Assembly: GCA_964406735.1 (NCBI GenBank)
Contig: CAYOSU010000005.1
Span: 11,407 to 75,406, forward strand
Direction: 5' to 3'
DNA from: an uncultured Clostridia bacterium
GTDB taxonomy: Bacteria > Bacillota > Clostridia > Christensenellales > CAMQZB01
DNA: 64,000 bases
Of the stretch, positions 27,767 through 39,225 are shown piece after piece. How positions within the stretch are numbered: position 1 is the first letter of the stretch; each line of letters starts with the position of its first letter. The position numbers and the translations under genes were made by a program. The notes below the pieces were generated by a model. That model ran no database searches. It worked only from the letters and a program-made list of their open reading frames with translations, and was not told the origin of the DNA.

Positions 27767-28537
27767 TTATATCAGTCTGAAATCCGTTTTGCAATAATAC
27801 TTTTCAACGCCTAAGTCAAGGCTTTCAAATATTCGTTTGAAAAAATAGTACTCGCTTTCACCGTGATTGAGTGCTATTACAGATATTCCGTTTTCGTTAA
27901 GCTCTACTAAGTGCTGATGATCTATATCACAGGAAACGAACAAATCTGCATGCTCTTTTATTGCAAAGCGAACGTCGCTTCCCGACGCTTTTCCGCAAAA
28001 AGAAGCTATTTTTGAAACAGTCTTCTCTTTATCACCAAAGCACCTTACGGAAGAAAAGTCTTTTTTCAGGCTCTTAATGAGTTCGCCTACAGTCTTTTCT
28101 TCTATCGACACGACTTTGCCGTAGGAATAGCTTTTCTCATCTATCATTTTTGAAAGCAGTGTTTCTCCGAAATACTCTGAAAATCTGTCATCAATTCCAC
28201 CAAAGGTCATATCCATAGGTAAATGCGAAGAATATACGCTTATTCCGTTTTGGACAAGACGCCTTATCAGTCTTCCTTTGTAATCATCTTCCGTTACGGA
28301 CGAAATGGGAGAATAGATAAAGGGATGATGCGAAATAATAAGATTGCAGCCTTTTTCTAAGGCAAGATCTATCGCATCGTTGCAAACGTCGACTGTTACA
28401 ACTACACCGTCTGCTTCTACGTTTTTATCCCCTATCAAAAAGCCGCTGTTGTCGTAATCGCCTTTTGCTATCAGGTTATAAGATATATCGAGCGGTGCAT
28501 ACTGTTCAATTTTTGAAACGATGTCGCGAATTATCAT
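27767..28537 (-). CDS. Nif3-like dinuclear metal centre protein
   Basis: NSGFLIG, LIISHHPFIY and the C-terminal GHGESEY pattern typical of NIF3/YqfO. Confidence 0.85.
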   Translation of the reverse strand: MIIRDIVSKIEQYAPLDISYNLIAKGDYDNSGFLIGDKNVEADGVVVTVDVCNDAIDLALEKGCNLIISHHPFIYSPISSVTEDDYKGRLIRRLVQNGISVYSSHLPMDMTFGGIDDRFSEYFGETLLSKMIDEKSYSYGKVVSIEEKTVGELIKSLKKDFSSVRCFGDKEKTVSKIASFCGKASGSDVRFAIKEHADLFVSCDIDHQHLVELNENGISVIALNHGESEYYFFKRIFESLDLGVEKYYCKTDFRLI

Positions 28538-29151
28538 TGCATGATCTCCGTTATTCTTTGTATATATTCATTTAACTCGGCTTTTCTTTTTCCGTTAGCA
28601 GAAATTAATATCTGCTTCGATTTTTCAAGCTCTGATCCAAGATAGTCCATAAAATCGGATGACTTACTTTGCAGGTTGGTTCGCCCAAACAATTTTTCGT
28701 TTTCCGTCAGCTCGTCTTTGCCCGGCGCAACGACGATAATATTATAATACTTGCCGTCGAAAACTATTTCGTCCGACAGTATCATATACCCGTTATCAAC
28801 CAAAAAAGTTCGGAACACGTCGACGTTTTTCATCGGCTGAAAAAGCGCATGTACGGGAGGTTTTTCGGAAAGTATCTTCATTATTTCTCTTCCGCCCATG
28901 CCAGCTATGACAAGAAAGTCATTTTCTTTTATTGCGCACGGTATTCCGTCGGCCACAAAGTAGTTGCCTTTTTCACCGATAAGTGTTTTAGCTTTTTCAA
29001 GGGACGGAGCGGATATATCGGAGCAGACAACTTTTTTGGCAACACCGCTATTTAAGGCTTCATACGATACGTAGCCGTGATCGCATCCTACGTCGACGAG
29101 CGTATCGCATTGTGGTATTCTTTTTACTATTTCGTCGATACGCTTTGTCAT
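28534..29151 (-). CDS. trmK: tRNA (adenine22-N1)-methyltransferase
   Basis: SAM-binding motif LVDVGCDHGYV and the AGMGG motif. It takes the YqfN/TrmK position after sigA. Confidence 0.85.
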   Translation of the reverse strand: MTKRIDEIVKRIPQCDTLVDVGCDHGYVSYEALNSGVAKKVVCSDISAPSLEKAKTLIGEKGNYFVADGIPCAIKENDFLVIAGMGGREIMKILSEKPPVHALFQPMKNVDVFRTFLVDNGYMILSDEIVFDGKYYNIIVVAPGKDELTENEKLFGRTNLQSKSSDFMDYLGSELEKSKQILISANGKRKAELNEYIQRITEIMQ

Positions 29152-29212
29152 AAACCGCTCCTTATTTGCTAATTGTTCGCAAAATTATCTGATTTTGAGA
29201 ATAAATAAGCAT

Positions 29213-30289
29213 TTATTCGGTGAAATCTTTGATCTGAGCACTACGCTTGGGGTGACGAAGCTTTCTGAGTGCCTTTGCTTCTATCTGCCTGATACGCTCT
29301 CTCGTAACGTCAAACTCCTTGCCCACCTCTTCCAACGTTTTGGGTTTTCCGTCGTCAAGACCGTAGCGAAGACGTATTACTTTTTCTTCTCTTGGCGTCA
29401 ACGTCGAAAGCACAGAAATGAGTTTTTCTTTTAGCATTTGATTGGAGACGAGGTCGGTCGGCGATACGGACGTTTCGTCTTCGATAAAGTCGCCTAAGTG
29501 AGTATCCTCTTCTTCTCCGATAGGAGTTTCTAACGAAACGGGGTCGAGTGCTATCCTTTGTATTTCAAGAACTCTCTCGACGGGAACGCCCATCTCTTCC
29601 GCAATCTCCTCTACTGTCGGCTCTCTGCCTAAGCGTTGAAGAAGAACTCTCGTTGCTCTCGTCTTTCTGTTTATCGTCTCGACCATATGTACGGGGACTC
29701 TTATCGTTCTTGCCTGGTCTGCGATAGCTCTCGTTATGGACTGCCTTATCCACCAGGTTGCGTATGTAGAAAATTTGAAGCCCTTGGTGTAATCGAACTT
29801 CTCAATGGCTTTCATAAGTCCCATATTGCCCTCTTGTACGAGGTCGAGAAGCTGTAAGCCTCTTCCGACATACCTCTTTGCAATCGAGACTACAAGACGT
29901 AAATTCGCCTCTGCGAGCTTTCTTTTTGCACTTTCATCGCCTGCAAGCATCGCTTGCGCAGTCGCAACCTCTTCTTCTGCAGAAAGAAGAGGAACTTTTC
30001 CTATATCTTTGAGATAGAGCTTGACCGGGTCGTTGATACCGAGATCGTCGGTATAAAGCTCGTTCGCTATCTCTGCGGATATTTCTTCTCTCAAAAGCTC
30101 ATCTGTATCGTCGATGATCTTTATGTTGTTTTCTTCGAGCTGTTGATATATCTCGTCTATCTTATCGGGAGAAAGATCGAGTTTTTCAAGATGATCGAAT
30201 ATTTCGTCAGCAGTTACCTTTCCTGTTTTTTTACCTTCTTCGATAAGCGAGGCAACTGCGCTTATCTTAGTTACTTCTTGGTCAGTCAT
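29213..30289 (-). CDS. sigA: primary-type RNA polymerase sigma-70 factor, paralog 1 (distal copy)
   Basis: Regions 1.2 through 4.2 are complete: [46 protein letters not shown] and [42 protein letters not shown]. Confidence 0.9.
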   Translation of the reverse strand: MTDQEVTKISAVASLIEEGKKTGKVTADEIFDHLEKLDLSPDKIDEIYQQLEENNIKIIDDTDELLREEISAEIANELYTDDLGINDPVKLYLKDIGKVPLLSAEEEVATAQAMLAGDESAKRKLAEANLRLVVSIAKRYVGRGLQLLDLVQEGNMGLMKAIEKFDYTKGFKFSTYATWWIRQSITRAIADQARTIRVPVHMVETINRKTRATRVLLQRLGREPTVEEIAEEMGVPVERVLEIQRIALDPVSLETPIGEEEDTHLGDFIEDETSVSPTDLVSNQMLKEKLISVLSTLTPREEKVIRLRYGLDDGKPKTLEEVGKEFDVTRERIRQIEAKALRKLRHPKRSAQIKDFTE

Positions 30290-30352
30290 TTAACGGTCCT
30301 TTGTCCTTTTTCCCGAACACGTCGGGTTGCTTATATAATTTCAAACGAATAA

Positions 30353-31414
30353 TTATTCGGTTTCAAATTCCTTGAATTTTTTTGCTCTCGTAGGGCTTCT
30401 GAGCTTTCTTAACGCCTTAGCCTCTATCTGCCTTATACGCTCTCTCGTTACACGGAAGTCTCTGCCGACCTCTTCCAACGTCTTGGGCTTTCCGTCGTCA
30501 AGACCGTAGCGAAGACGTATTACCTTTTCCTCTCTTGGCGTAAGCGTCGAGAGTATTTCGGAGAATTGGTCTCTCAATGCCTTGCTCGTCATATTCTCTT
30601 CAGGAGAAATAACGTGCTCATCCTCTATGAAATCGCCTAAGTGCGTATCGTCCTCTTCTCCGATAGGAGACTCTAACGAGACAGGATCGAGCGCAATTTT
30701 TTGTATTTCAAGCACTTTATCTTCCGAAACGTTGAGTCGTTCCGCTATTTCCGCAACGGTAGGCTCACGACCGAGCTCTTGCAGTAATGCACGCGCCGCT
30801 TTTGTCTGGCGGTTTATCGTTTCTACCATATGAACGGGTATCCTTATCGTTCTTGCTTGATCGGCAATAGAACGAGTGATAGCCTGCCTTATCCACCAAG
30901 TTGCGTAAGTAGAGAACTTGAATCCCTTTGTGTAGTCGAATTTCTCTACCGCTTTCATTAGACCTAAATTGCCTTCCTGAATAAGGTCGAGAAGCTGCAA
31001 GCCTCTGCCGACATATCTTTTTGCTATCGATACGACAAGGCGCAGGTTTGCTTCCGACAAAATGAGCTTTGCATTTTCGTCGCCCTCGAGCATACGCTTT
31101 GCAACTTCAACTTCTTCTTCACTTGAAAGCAGGGGAACTTTGCCTATATCTTTCAAATACATCTTGACGGGATCGTCAACACTAACTTGTGCGGCGATCT
31201 CGTTAAAATCGGTGTCTATCTTTGTATATTCATTAGTCTCTATGATGCGAATGTTGTTCTCTTCGAGTATCGAATATACAGTCTCAAAGCACTCGGGCGG
31301 TATATGACGCTTTTCAAGCTTATCGAAAAGCTCTTCGCTCGTTATTTCGCCGGCAGATTTGTAGGAAGCAACGATCTCTTTCGCTAAATTTTCAACAAAT
31401 TCCTTAATTTCCAT
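30353..31414 (-). CDS. sigA: primary-type RNA polymerase sigma-70 factor, paralog 2 (dnaG-proximal copy)
   Basis: Same full domain set: [46 protein letters not shown] and [42 protein letters not shown]. The start overlaps the dnaG stop by 11 nt. Confidence 0.9.
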   Translation of the reverse strand: MEIKEFVENLAKEIVASYKSAGEITSEELFDKLEKRHIPPECFETVYSILEENNIRIIETNEYTKIDTDFNEIAAQVSVDDPVKMYLKDIGKVPLLSSEEEVEVAKRMLEGDENAKLILSEANLRLVVSIAKRYVGRGLQLLDLIQEGNLGLMKAVEKFDYTKGFKFSTYATWWIRQAITRSIADQARTIRIPVHMVETINRQTKAARALLQELGREPTVAEIAERLNVSEDKVLEIQKIALDPVSLESPIGEEDDTHLGDFIEDEHVISPEENMTSKALRDQFSEILSTLTPREEKVIRLRYGLDDGKPKTLEEVGRDFRVTRERIRQIEAKALRKLRSPTRAKKFKEFETE

Positions 31415-33197
31415 TGCGCATATTCCCTCTTTTTGCGTTATTCTTAAGCTGTTTGGATACTTCTAATATATCTGCAGTTATCTGCTTTTTCTCGGCGAGA
31501 TCATCCGTCTCGCGATACATTTCTTTTAATCGTGCAAGCGTTTCTTGCTTGGATTTCAAGTACACCGCTCGCATGCAGTCGTCAAAGTACTCTTCTAAGT
31601 TATCTTCCGTTATTCCCTCTCTGTCGGAAAACTCAAGGATAGTCGTCAATTCTTCGTACTCCGACTCGTCGAGAACGTTGAAAAGCATACTTCCGTTGAT
31701 AGCTACGCCTTTTTTTTCTTTCAGATATTCGTATATCTTTCTGTGCGTATCGTTTGATATATACTCTTCAAGCTGAGAGATATCGGCAAGCGACTTTTTC
31801 CCGTCGATGCATAGCGACAGACCGAAGCGAACTGCTTTCGTGATGCCGTCTACCGTTTTTTCGGCATTCGTCTCTAAATTAATCTCGGGTTTTTCGCCCT
31901 TATCGACCTTTTGAAGGTCTCTTTTTAAGCTATCGACAGATATTGACGTATATTCGGAAGTCTTTTTGAGCCATTCCTCTTTCTCGGCTTCCGTCTGCAG
32001 CGTTGATATTACCCTCAATGCGTTCTCAAGGTACTTCTTTTTGCCAGTCAAGTCCGAAACGTCGAATTTATCGGACAGTATCTTGAACTTAAACTCTGTA
32101 CCTGTTAAAGCGGTATCTAACGCTTTTTGGTACTCTTCCTTGCCGTAGCGGCGAATTACCTCGTCGGGGTCTAAATTATCTCTCAAAATGACGATCTTTG
32201 CGTTTATTCCCTCGTCTTCGAGTATCTTTTGACCAAGAACCGCCCCTTTTATGCCTGCGGCGTCGCCATCGTAGGAGATATATACGTCTTCTGTTACGTA
32301 GTGCATAAGCTTTGCCTGCTCTTTCGTAAGTGCAGTACCCATGCTCGCAACGACATTATGAAAGCCTTGCTCGTAAACGGATATAGCGTCCATATAGCCC
32401 TCTACGAGTATCAGGTTCTTTATCGGCTCTTTTAGCTTTTGCTTTTTGACTAAGTTTAATCCGTATAAGACCTTACGCTTATTGAAAGCGATGGTGTCGC
32501 TGGTGTTTTTATACTTTGCTTGCGCATGCTTGTCCATAGTCCTGCCGCCGAAAGCGACCACTTGACCGTAGGAGTCAATTATCGGAATGATTATCCTTGT
32601 TCCGTAAGCATCGTATATCCTGCCCTTATCGCTTTTTCCCGCAACGCCCGCCTCTAACATCTCCTCTTCGGTGTATTTAAGGGACTTTAAGTGTCTGATC
32701 ACTCCCGTCCAGTCGGTAGATGCGCCTATTCCAAAGCGAGTTATCGTCTTTTGAGATATTCCTCTATCGAACAAGTATTGCAGCTTTGCGGCGTTTTCGG
32801 GCTTGTATATCTCTTTGTTATAATACTTTGCCGCATCTTTGAGGAGCGCATAAGCACGTTCACGCTTTTTCTTGTTTATTGAAAGCTCGTCCTTATTGCC
32901 GCCTGAAAAAGCAGGAACTTCCATCCCCGCAAGCTTTGCCAAATGCGTTATCGCACCGATGAAATCTGTAGATTCTGCGTTTTGAACGAATTTTATTACG
33001 TCACCCGATTCGTGGCAACCGAAGCAATAATAGAACTGTTTTATCTCGTCAATCGCAAAAGAGGGAGTACGCTCATGGTGAAAAGGGCAACAACCCCAAT
33101 ATTTGTTGCCTTTCCTTTGCAAAGTCATATAACGACTTGCAACGTCAACTATGTTGACCTTACTTTTCAGTTGTTCGAGAAAAGTATTTAACTCCAT
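31404..33197 (-). CDS. dnaG: DNA primase
   Basis: Zinc finger [31 protein letters not shown] and TOPRIM motifs LVEGYMD and YDGDAAG. ATG at 33197; the ORF-track TTG at 33203 is an alternative start. Confidence 0.95.
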   Translation of the reverse strand: MELNTFLEQLKSKVNIVDVASRYMTLQRKGNKYWGCCPFHHERTPSFAIDEIKQFYYCFGCHESGDVIKFVQNAESTDFIGAITHLAKLAGMEVPAFSGGNKDELSINKKKRERAYALLKDAAKYYNKEIYKPENAAKLQYLFDRGISQKTITRFGIGASTDWTGVIRHLKSLKYTEEEMLEAGVAGKSDKGRIYDAYGTRIIIPIIDSYGQVVAFGGRTMDKHAQAKYKNTSDTIAFNKRKVLYGLNLVKKQKLKEPIKNLILVEGYMDAISVYEQGFHNVVASMGTALTKEQAKLMHYVTEDVYISYDGDAAGIKGAVLGQKILEDEGINAKIVILRDNLDPDEVIRRYGKEEYQKALDTALTGTEFKFKILSDKFDVSDLTGKKKYLENALRVISTLQTEAEKEEWLKKTSEYTSISVDSLKRDLQKVDKGEKPEINLETNAEKTVDGITKAVRFGLSLCIDGKKSLADISQLEEYISNDTHRKIYEYLKEKKGVAINGSMLFNVLDESEYEELTTILEFSDREGITEDNLEEYFDDCMRAVYLKSKQETLARLKEMYRETDDLAEKKQITADILEVSKQLKNNAKRGNMRNGN

Positions 33198-33206
33198 AAG
33201 CAATTA

Positions 33207-34205
33207 TCAATAAAAACCTCTCATTTTAGGTTCAAACAGGCTTCTGAACGTATCAAGCGCAAAGCTATCGGTCATCGTTGATATATAATCGGCAACAACC
33301 GTCTCTTTGCGGTATTTATCCAAAAGTTCACGGTAAAAGGGCGGTAGATCGTCCGGATTTTTTATGTACCAATCGAAAAGATAACGAAGCATTATATCTA
33401 CCTTTTCTTCTTCCTTTCGCTTATCCTCGGAAAAATATACCCTTTCAAACATAAACTTTCTCAAAACGTCCGCCGCTTCCTTTACCTCATCGGTATAACC
33501 GACTTTCGGTTTGTTGAGTGAAGCGTTATATACCGACATTATCATCGTATTGATTCGTTTTGAGAACGTATCTCCCAAGACGTCTACGACAGACTTGGGA
33601 ATATCTTGCTGCGTGATTATGCCAGCTCTTATAGAATCTTCTATGTCGTGATTTAGATACGCTATTCTATCCGCCAGGTGAACCACTGCACCCTCGAGCG
33701 TCTTCGGATGACCTGCGGAGTTGTGGTTTACTATGCCGTCCTTTACCTCAAAGGTCAAATTCAAGCCCTTACCGTTGTTTTCAAGAACGTCCACTACTCT
33801 GAGCGACTGGCGTTCGTGCAAAAACTCTCCACCTGTCAAGTCGTTAAGCGTACGTTCACCTGCATGTCCGAACGGCGTATGACCAAGGTCGTGTCCTAAT
33901 GCGATCGCCTCGGTCAAATCCTCGTTAAGGTTGCATATCCTCGATATCGTCCTTCCTATCTGCGCAACGTCCAGAGTATGAGTCAAGCGAGTCATATAGT
34001 GATCGCCCTCGGGTTTTATAAATACCTGCGTCTTGTTTTTTAAGCGTCTGAACGCCTTACAGTGGATTATTCTATCCCTATCTCTTTGGAACTCCGTTCT
34101 CGTCGGACAAAGCTCTTCAAAGACCTTTCTGCCTTTCGTATCCTTGGACTTCATCGCATAAGGCGAAAGAAATTTTTCTTCAATTAAGTACGTCTTATTC
34201 TCCAC
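33207..34205 (-). CDS. dGTP triphosphohydrolase-like HD-domain protein
   Basis: FQRDRDRIIHCKAFRRLKNKTQVF and HD motif GHDLGHTPFGHAGE. It sits directly upstream of dnaG. Confidence 0.85.
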   Translation of the reverse strand: MENKTYLIEEKFLSPYAMKSKDTKGRKVFEELCPTRTEFQRDRDRIIHCKAFRRLKNKTQVFIKPEGDHYMTRLTHTLDVAQIGRTISRICNLNEDLTEAIALGHDLGHTPFGHAGERTLNDLTGGEFLHERQSLRVVDVLENNGKGLNLTFEVKDGIVNHNSAGHPKTLEGAVVHLADRIAYLNHDIEDSIRAGIITQQDIPKSVVDVLGDTFSKRINTMIMSVYNASLNKPKVGYTDEVKEAADVLRKFMFERVYFSEDKRKEEEKVDIMLRYLFDWYIKNPDDLPPFYRELLDKYRKETVVADYISTMTDSFALDTFRSLFEPKMRGFY

Positions 34206-34302
34206 GAGTTCATCTCCAATATTATTCTAATAGTATTATACAAATAATTTTTTCGTTTTTCCTTTATATTAAGCGAAAAACCAAGTATTTTTAGCGAATA
34301 AA

Positions 34303-34340
34303 GAAAAGAGCAGAAGCTTTCGCCTCTGCCCGTGAAACTC
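34303..34340 (-). terminator. intrinsic terminator of gap
   Basis: On the minus strand, GCAGAGGC-GAAA-GCTTCTGC is followed by TCTTTTCTTTATT. Confidence 0.6.
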
Positions 34341-34349
34341 TTTTTAGAA

Positions 34350-35381
<1,032 letters not shown>

Positions 35382-35396
35382 TCAAAATACATGTTC

Positions 35397-35425
35397 ATTA
35401 TAACAATATCAATACAAAAACGCAA
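35397..35425 (-). promoter_or_regulatory. sigma-A-type promoter of gap
   Basis: On the minus strand, TTGCGT (35425-35420), a 17-nt spacer, then TATAAT (35402-35397). Confidence 0.5.
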
Positions 35426-35532
35426 CCTTTTTTTGCTCCTTTTCTCTTTTTTCGTTAAGAATTTCACAAGAGCGAAAATTGCACTTTCGTGTGATAAAGT
35501 CTATTCAAACGCACTTGTTGCGTTTTGCGTGA

Positions 35533-36648
35533 TTATTTCAAATTCTCGGGATTCAAGCACTCAAGCTCGGGAATAACGAAGCGGCCGTCTTTTCTTATCA
35601 AAACGTCGTCGAAATAGATCTCTCCGCCGCCCCACTCGGGAGTCTGAATGTGTACGAGATCCCAATGTATCGCACTGTTGTTTCCGTTAGGTGCTTCGTC
35701 GTAGCATGCACCCGGCGTGAAGTGGATAGAACCTGCGATCTTTTCGTCGAACAGTATGTCGAGCATAGGTTTGTTGACGTACGGGTTAACGCCGATAGCG
35801 AATTCTCCTACGTATCTTGCGCCCTCATCGGTATTGAATACGTTCTCGATATCCGCAGTTCTTGAAGACGTAGCCTTTACTATCTTTCCGTCCTTGAATT
35901 CAAGACGGATGTCGTCGTGCCTTATTCCGTTATAAATAGACGGCGCAGAGTAGCTTATGTAGCCGTTTACAGAATCCTTTACGGGAGCGGTGTATACTTC
36001 GCCGTCGGGAATATTGCAATAGCCTGCGCAAGGAATTGCAGGAATATCTTTGATGGAGAACCTAAGGTCGGTCTTTGCGTCCAATATCCTGACTTTATCA
36101 GTTCTGTTCATAAGGTCTACGAGCGGCTGCATTGCCTTGCCCATCTTTGCATAGTCAAGACAGCATACGTCGAAGAAAAAGTCTTCAAAGCTCTCGGTAG
36201 ACATTCCGGCAGCCTGCGCAAAAGATGCGGTAGGATAACGGAGAACAACCCAACGGGTCTTTGCAACTCTTATCTCGTGATGTACCTTGTGGAAATACTC
36301 GCTGTTGAAAAGCTGCATATTCTCTGCAGGTACGTCGGAAAGGTCGAAGCTGTTCTCTCCTCCACGGATGCCGATATAGCAGTCCATATCAGCCATTCTC
36401 TCTGCGTCCCACTTAACCCAGTAGTCCATCTGCTCTTTGGTTACGCCCATGAGCATTGCACGCTTCGTCGTGGGGTCTGTGTAATTATAATACGGGTAAG
36501 CCCCTACCTTATAGCATTCCTTTATGCACTCGTTGAGAAGAGGTGCGTCGGAAAAGCTTCCCTCAATAAGTACCTTGTCTCCTTTTTTAGCACGGACGGA
36601 ATTGTTTACAAGATTTTTTGCAAGTAATTTAATTCTTTCGTCAACCAT
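35533..36648 (-). CDS. M29-family aminopeptidase (AmpS/PepS-like)
   Basis: 371 aa. LAKNLVNNSVRAKKGDKVLI, IPDGEVYTAP and EFAIGVNP are typical of peptidase M29. Confidence 0.85.
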   Translation of the reverse strand: MVDERIKLLAKNLVNNSVRAKKGDKVLIEGSFSDAPLLNECIKECYKVGAYPYYNYTDPTTKRAMLMGVTKEQMDYWVKWDAERMADMDCYIGIRGGENSFDLSDVPAENMQLFNSEYFHKVHHEIRVAKTRWVVLRYPTASFAQAAGMSTESFEDFFFDVCCLDYAKMGKAMQPLVDLMNRTDKVRILDAKTDLRFSIKDIPAIPCAGYCNIPDGEVYTAPVKDSVNGYISYSAPSIYNGIRHDDIRLEFKDGKIVKATSSRTADIENVFNTDEGARYVGEFAIGVNPYVNKPMLDILFDEKIAGSIHFTPGACYDEAPNGNNSAIHWDLVHIQTPEWGGGEIYFDDVLIRKDGRFVIPELECLNPENLK

Positions 36649-36678
36649 TTTGTTTATCTCCTTTATTTTTACTCTTAT

Positions 36679-37614
36679 TTATTCTAAATTATATTTCTCG
36701 TCGACGATATAGTTCGGGCGATTCTTGACCTCGTCGTATATCCTGCCGACGTATAAGTTAGTGATTCCGTTTGATACCAGCATTCCTGCAAGCGCAATGA
36801 CTAATACGTCTATCGTCCAAAGGTCGATAGGAAGAGGCTGAGTTACGCCGCACGCCGACAATATCGCAAACACTATTAGTGCAAGAAGCCCCAAAACGCC
36901 TATTACGCCGAACGCAATGCCAAACCCAAGCGCTAAATACAGCGGCTTTGAGGAGTTTGAGATGATACCGTCGCTTGCGAGCTTGACCATCTTCTTCATC
37001 GTGTACTTAGTCTCGCCTGCAAAGCGCGCCTCTCTCTCGTATTCGAGAGCGTAGGTTCTGAATCCCACGAAGGCGTTCATGCCTCTGAGGTACCTATTGT
37101 GTTCGGGCATAGCGTTGAGAGTGTCGATGACCTTTCTCGATATGAGGCGGAAATCGCCCGAATCCTTGGGTATTTCAAACTCGGAAAGTCCGTTGACTAT
37201 GCGGTAGTAAAAGAACGCCGTAAGCTTCTTGAACGCCGTCTCTCCTGCTCTTGCTTTGCGCTTTCCGTAGACGATGTCGTAGCCCTCTTTCCACTTGGCA
37301 ACCATATCGTATATTACTTTGGGCGGGTCTTGAAGGTCGGCGTCGATGATTATCGCCGCATCGCCGCTTGCGTGCTGCATGCCGCAGGTTACCGCCGCCT
37401 GATGTCCGAAGTTCCTCGAAAACGACAGTACCTTTGCGCTCTTATTCTCCTTAGCGATAGCTTTAAGCAGCTCTAAGGACTTATCGCGGCTACCGTCGTT
37501 TACGAACACGAGCTCATAAGGTTCGCCTAAATTCTCGGCAACCTCTTTGATCCTTTCATAGGAAGTAGGCAATACTTCCTCTTCGTTGTATACGGGAATA
37601 ATAATTGAAATCAT
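36679..37614 (-). CDS. GT2 polyprenyl-phosphate glycosyltransferase (GtrB/ArnC-like)
   Basis: IIIPVYNEE, VNDGSRD and DADLQDPP, plus two C-terminal TMs. The ATG at 37614 has well-spaced GGAGA; the ORF-track GTG at 37620 sits too close to the Shine-Dalgarno. Confidence 0.85.
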   Translation of the reverse strand: MISIIIPVYNEEEVLPTSYERIKEVAENLGEPYELVFVNDGSRDKSLELLKAIAKENKSAKVLSFSRNFGHQAAVTCGMQHASGDAAIIIDADLQDPPKVIYDMVAKWKEGYDIVYGKRKARAGETAFKKLTAFFYYRIVNGLSEFEIPKDSGDFRLISRKVIDTLNAMPEHNRYLRGMNAFVGFRTYALEYEREARFAGETKYTMKKMVKLASDGIISNSSKPLYLALGFGIAFGVIGVLGLLALIVFAILSACGVTQPLPIDLWTIDVLVIALAGMLVSNGITNLYVGRIYDEVKNRPNYIVDEKYNLE

Positions 37615-37852
37615 TTTCACATTCTCCTACGAGTTTATTGTAGCACAAAAATACTTTCTTACAAACTTTTTTTGAACGATTTAACGATTTTATTTACTTT
37701 CAAATATTATTTAGGTTGTTTATGAGCCGAAATTGTGCTATACTTATGATAGTTTTGCGTAAAAACGCTTGCTTATTATAATTAACACTCGAGCAAGGTA
37801 AAAGTGCGCAGGCTTAAAGATATTATTAACAAATCTTGGAGGTTTATAAATA

Positions 37853-38791
37853 ATGCCACTCGTAACAAGCAAAGAAATGTTTGAAAAGGCTTATAACGGC
37901 GGTTATGCCGTAGGCGCATTCAACGTCAACAACATGGAAATGGTTCAGGCTATCGTAGAAGCTGCTAACGAACTTAAATCCCCCGTTATCCTGCAGGTAT
38001 CCGCAGGTGCAAGAAAGTACGCTAACCCCGTTTATCTTCGCCACTTGGTAGCTGCAGCAGTTGAAACGACGGAAATTCCTATCGTCATGCACCTCGACCA
38101 CGGCGCAAACTTCGAGGTCTGCAAGTCGGCTATCGACGACGGATTCACTTCCGTCATGATCGACGCAAGCAGCATGTCCTGGGAAGACAATATCGCAGAG
38201 ACCAAGAAGGTAGTTGAATACGCTCACGCTCGCGGAGTCGTTGTTGAAGCTGAGCTTGGTAAGCTCGCAGGCGTTGAGGACGACGTTAAGGTCGAAGCTG
38301 AGGACGCTCTTTTCACAAGCCCCGACGAAGTCGAGGAGTTCGTTTCGAGAACAGGCATCGACAGCCTCGCTATCGCTATCGGCACGAGCCACGGCGCATA
38401 TAAGTTCAAACCCGGTCAGGATCCTAAGCTCCGCCTCGACATCCTTGAGGAGATCGGCAAGCGTCTTCCTAACTTCCCCATCGTTCTCCACGGCGCAAGC
38501 TCCGTTCCACAGGACAAGGTAGCTATCGTTAACGAGTTTGGCGGACATATGCCCGACGCTATCGGTATTCCCGAGTCCGAGCTCAGAAAAGCTGCTAAGA
38601 TGGCAGTTTGCAAGATAAACATCGACAGCGACTTACGCCTCTCTTTCACCGCAGCAGTTCGTAAACACTTCGTTGAGCATCCCGATCACTTCGATCCCAG
38701 ACAGTATCTCGGCGACGCACGTACGATGATGAAAGAAGAAGTTAAGAGAAAGATCGTTGAAGTTCTCGGCAGCGCAGGCAAAGCTGAATAA
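37853..38791 (+). CDS. fba: class II fructose-1,6-bisphosphate aldolase
   Basis: YAVGAFNVNNME, HLDHG, AIAIGTSHGAYKF and LHGASS. Confidence 0.95.
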   Translation: MPLVTSKEMFEKAYNGGYAVGAFNVNNMEMVQAIVEAANELKSPVILQVSAGARKYANPVYLRHLVAAAVETTEIPIVMHLDHGANFEVCKSAIDDGFTSVMIDASSMSWEDNIAETKKVVEYAHARGVVVEAELGKLAGVEDDVKVEAEDALFTSPDEVEEFVSRTGIDSLAIAIGTSHGAYKFKPGQDPKLRLDILEEIGKRLPNFPIVLHGASSVPQDKVAIVNEFGGHMPDAIGIPESELRKAAKMAVCKINIDSDLRLSFTAAVRKHFVEHPDHFDPRQYLGDARTMMKEEVKRKIVEVLGSAGKAE

Positions 38792-38807
38792 TTATAAATA
38801 TAATTTT

Positions 38808-38838
38808 GCTCCCTTGTTTTTCAAGGGAGCTTTTTTTT
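38808..38838 (+). terminator. intrinsic terminator of fba
   Basis: GCTCCCTT-gtttttc-AAGGGAGC followed by T8. Confidence 0.85.
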
Positions 38839-39109
38839 ATTTCCATAAAGCGTGATCGCAGTTGAGAGCATAGCCATCAACAGAGTTTGCATATCATTAT
38901 ATATTTTTTATTGAGCGTATTTAAGCGGGAGGTCGAGTATATCTGATTCCCGTTTTTATCTTCTCTTCCCTTGCGTACTTTTGACGAATAATATTGGTTT
39001 TTTGCGCATAAAAATCGTCTAAAAACGCCCTCAGCTTTAACAATGTTTTTTATAGCTTAAAAGAGGTGAAAAAATATTCGAAAAATGTCGCAAAACGGTA
39101 TTAAAATAA

Positions 39110-39138
39110 TTGACATTGAGAGAGGTTAAATATATAAT
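39110..39138 (+). promoter_or_regulatory. consensus sigma-A promoter for the regulator-potABCD unit
   Basis: TTGACA (39110-39115), a 17-nt spacer, then TATAAT (39133-39138). Confidence 0.65.
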
Positions 39139-39152
39139 CAACCTTGTAATTA

Positions 39153-39225
39153 AAGTTTAGTAAAAATAAACTTAGGGTTTATTATTACAAACCTCGGTAA
39201 ACTTTCGGTTTATATTAGGTAAACT
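39153..39225. promoter_or_regulatory. candidate operator array: two 15-bp TAAAC-N5-GTTTA palindromes plus flanking half-sites
   Basis: TAAACttaggGTTTA (39167-39181) and TAAACtttcgGTTTA (39198-39212) are 31 bp apart. Additional half-sites AAGTTTA (39153-39159) and GGTAAACT (39218-39225). All lie between the promoter and the regulator's start codon. Confidence 0.4.

Noticed and set aside
30290-30352. Hairpin CCCGAACACGTCGGG between the two sigA genes as a terminator separating them
   Set aside because: On the coding (minus) strand the stem is followed by AAAAAGG rather than a U-tract, so it is not a canonical intrinsic terminator. The two genes are more likely co-transcribed.
37844-38548. 234-aa ORF antisense to fba. 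Similar long antisense ORFs occur at 40378..41313 (potA), 46677..47624 (spoIVA), 57256..58101 (ftsZ), 14322..15002 (leuS), 13501..14037 (degV), 3183..3728 and 3973..4458 (ABC), 35917..36627 (aminopeptidase) and 43081..43752 (potD)
   Set aside because: Each overlaps a confidently identified gene on the opposite strand, lacks motifs or a Shine-Dalgarno, and has the skewed composition typical of antisense frames.
38821-38892. Tiny minus-strand ORF (MQTLLMAMLSTAITLYGNKKKLP, 23 aa) with TATAAT 3 nt upstream, resembling a type I toxin peptide
   Set aside because: It has no Shine-Dalgarno and no convincing minus-strand terminator, because the hairpin it runs into is followed by A-rich rather than U-rich sequence on that strand. 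I could not see an antisense RNA partner, and ORFs this short arise by chance. It is only worth revisiting if RNA-seq shows a transcript here.
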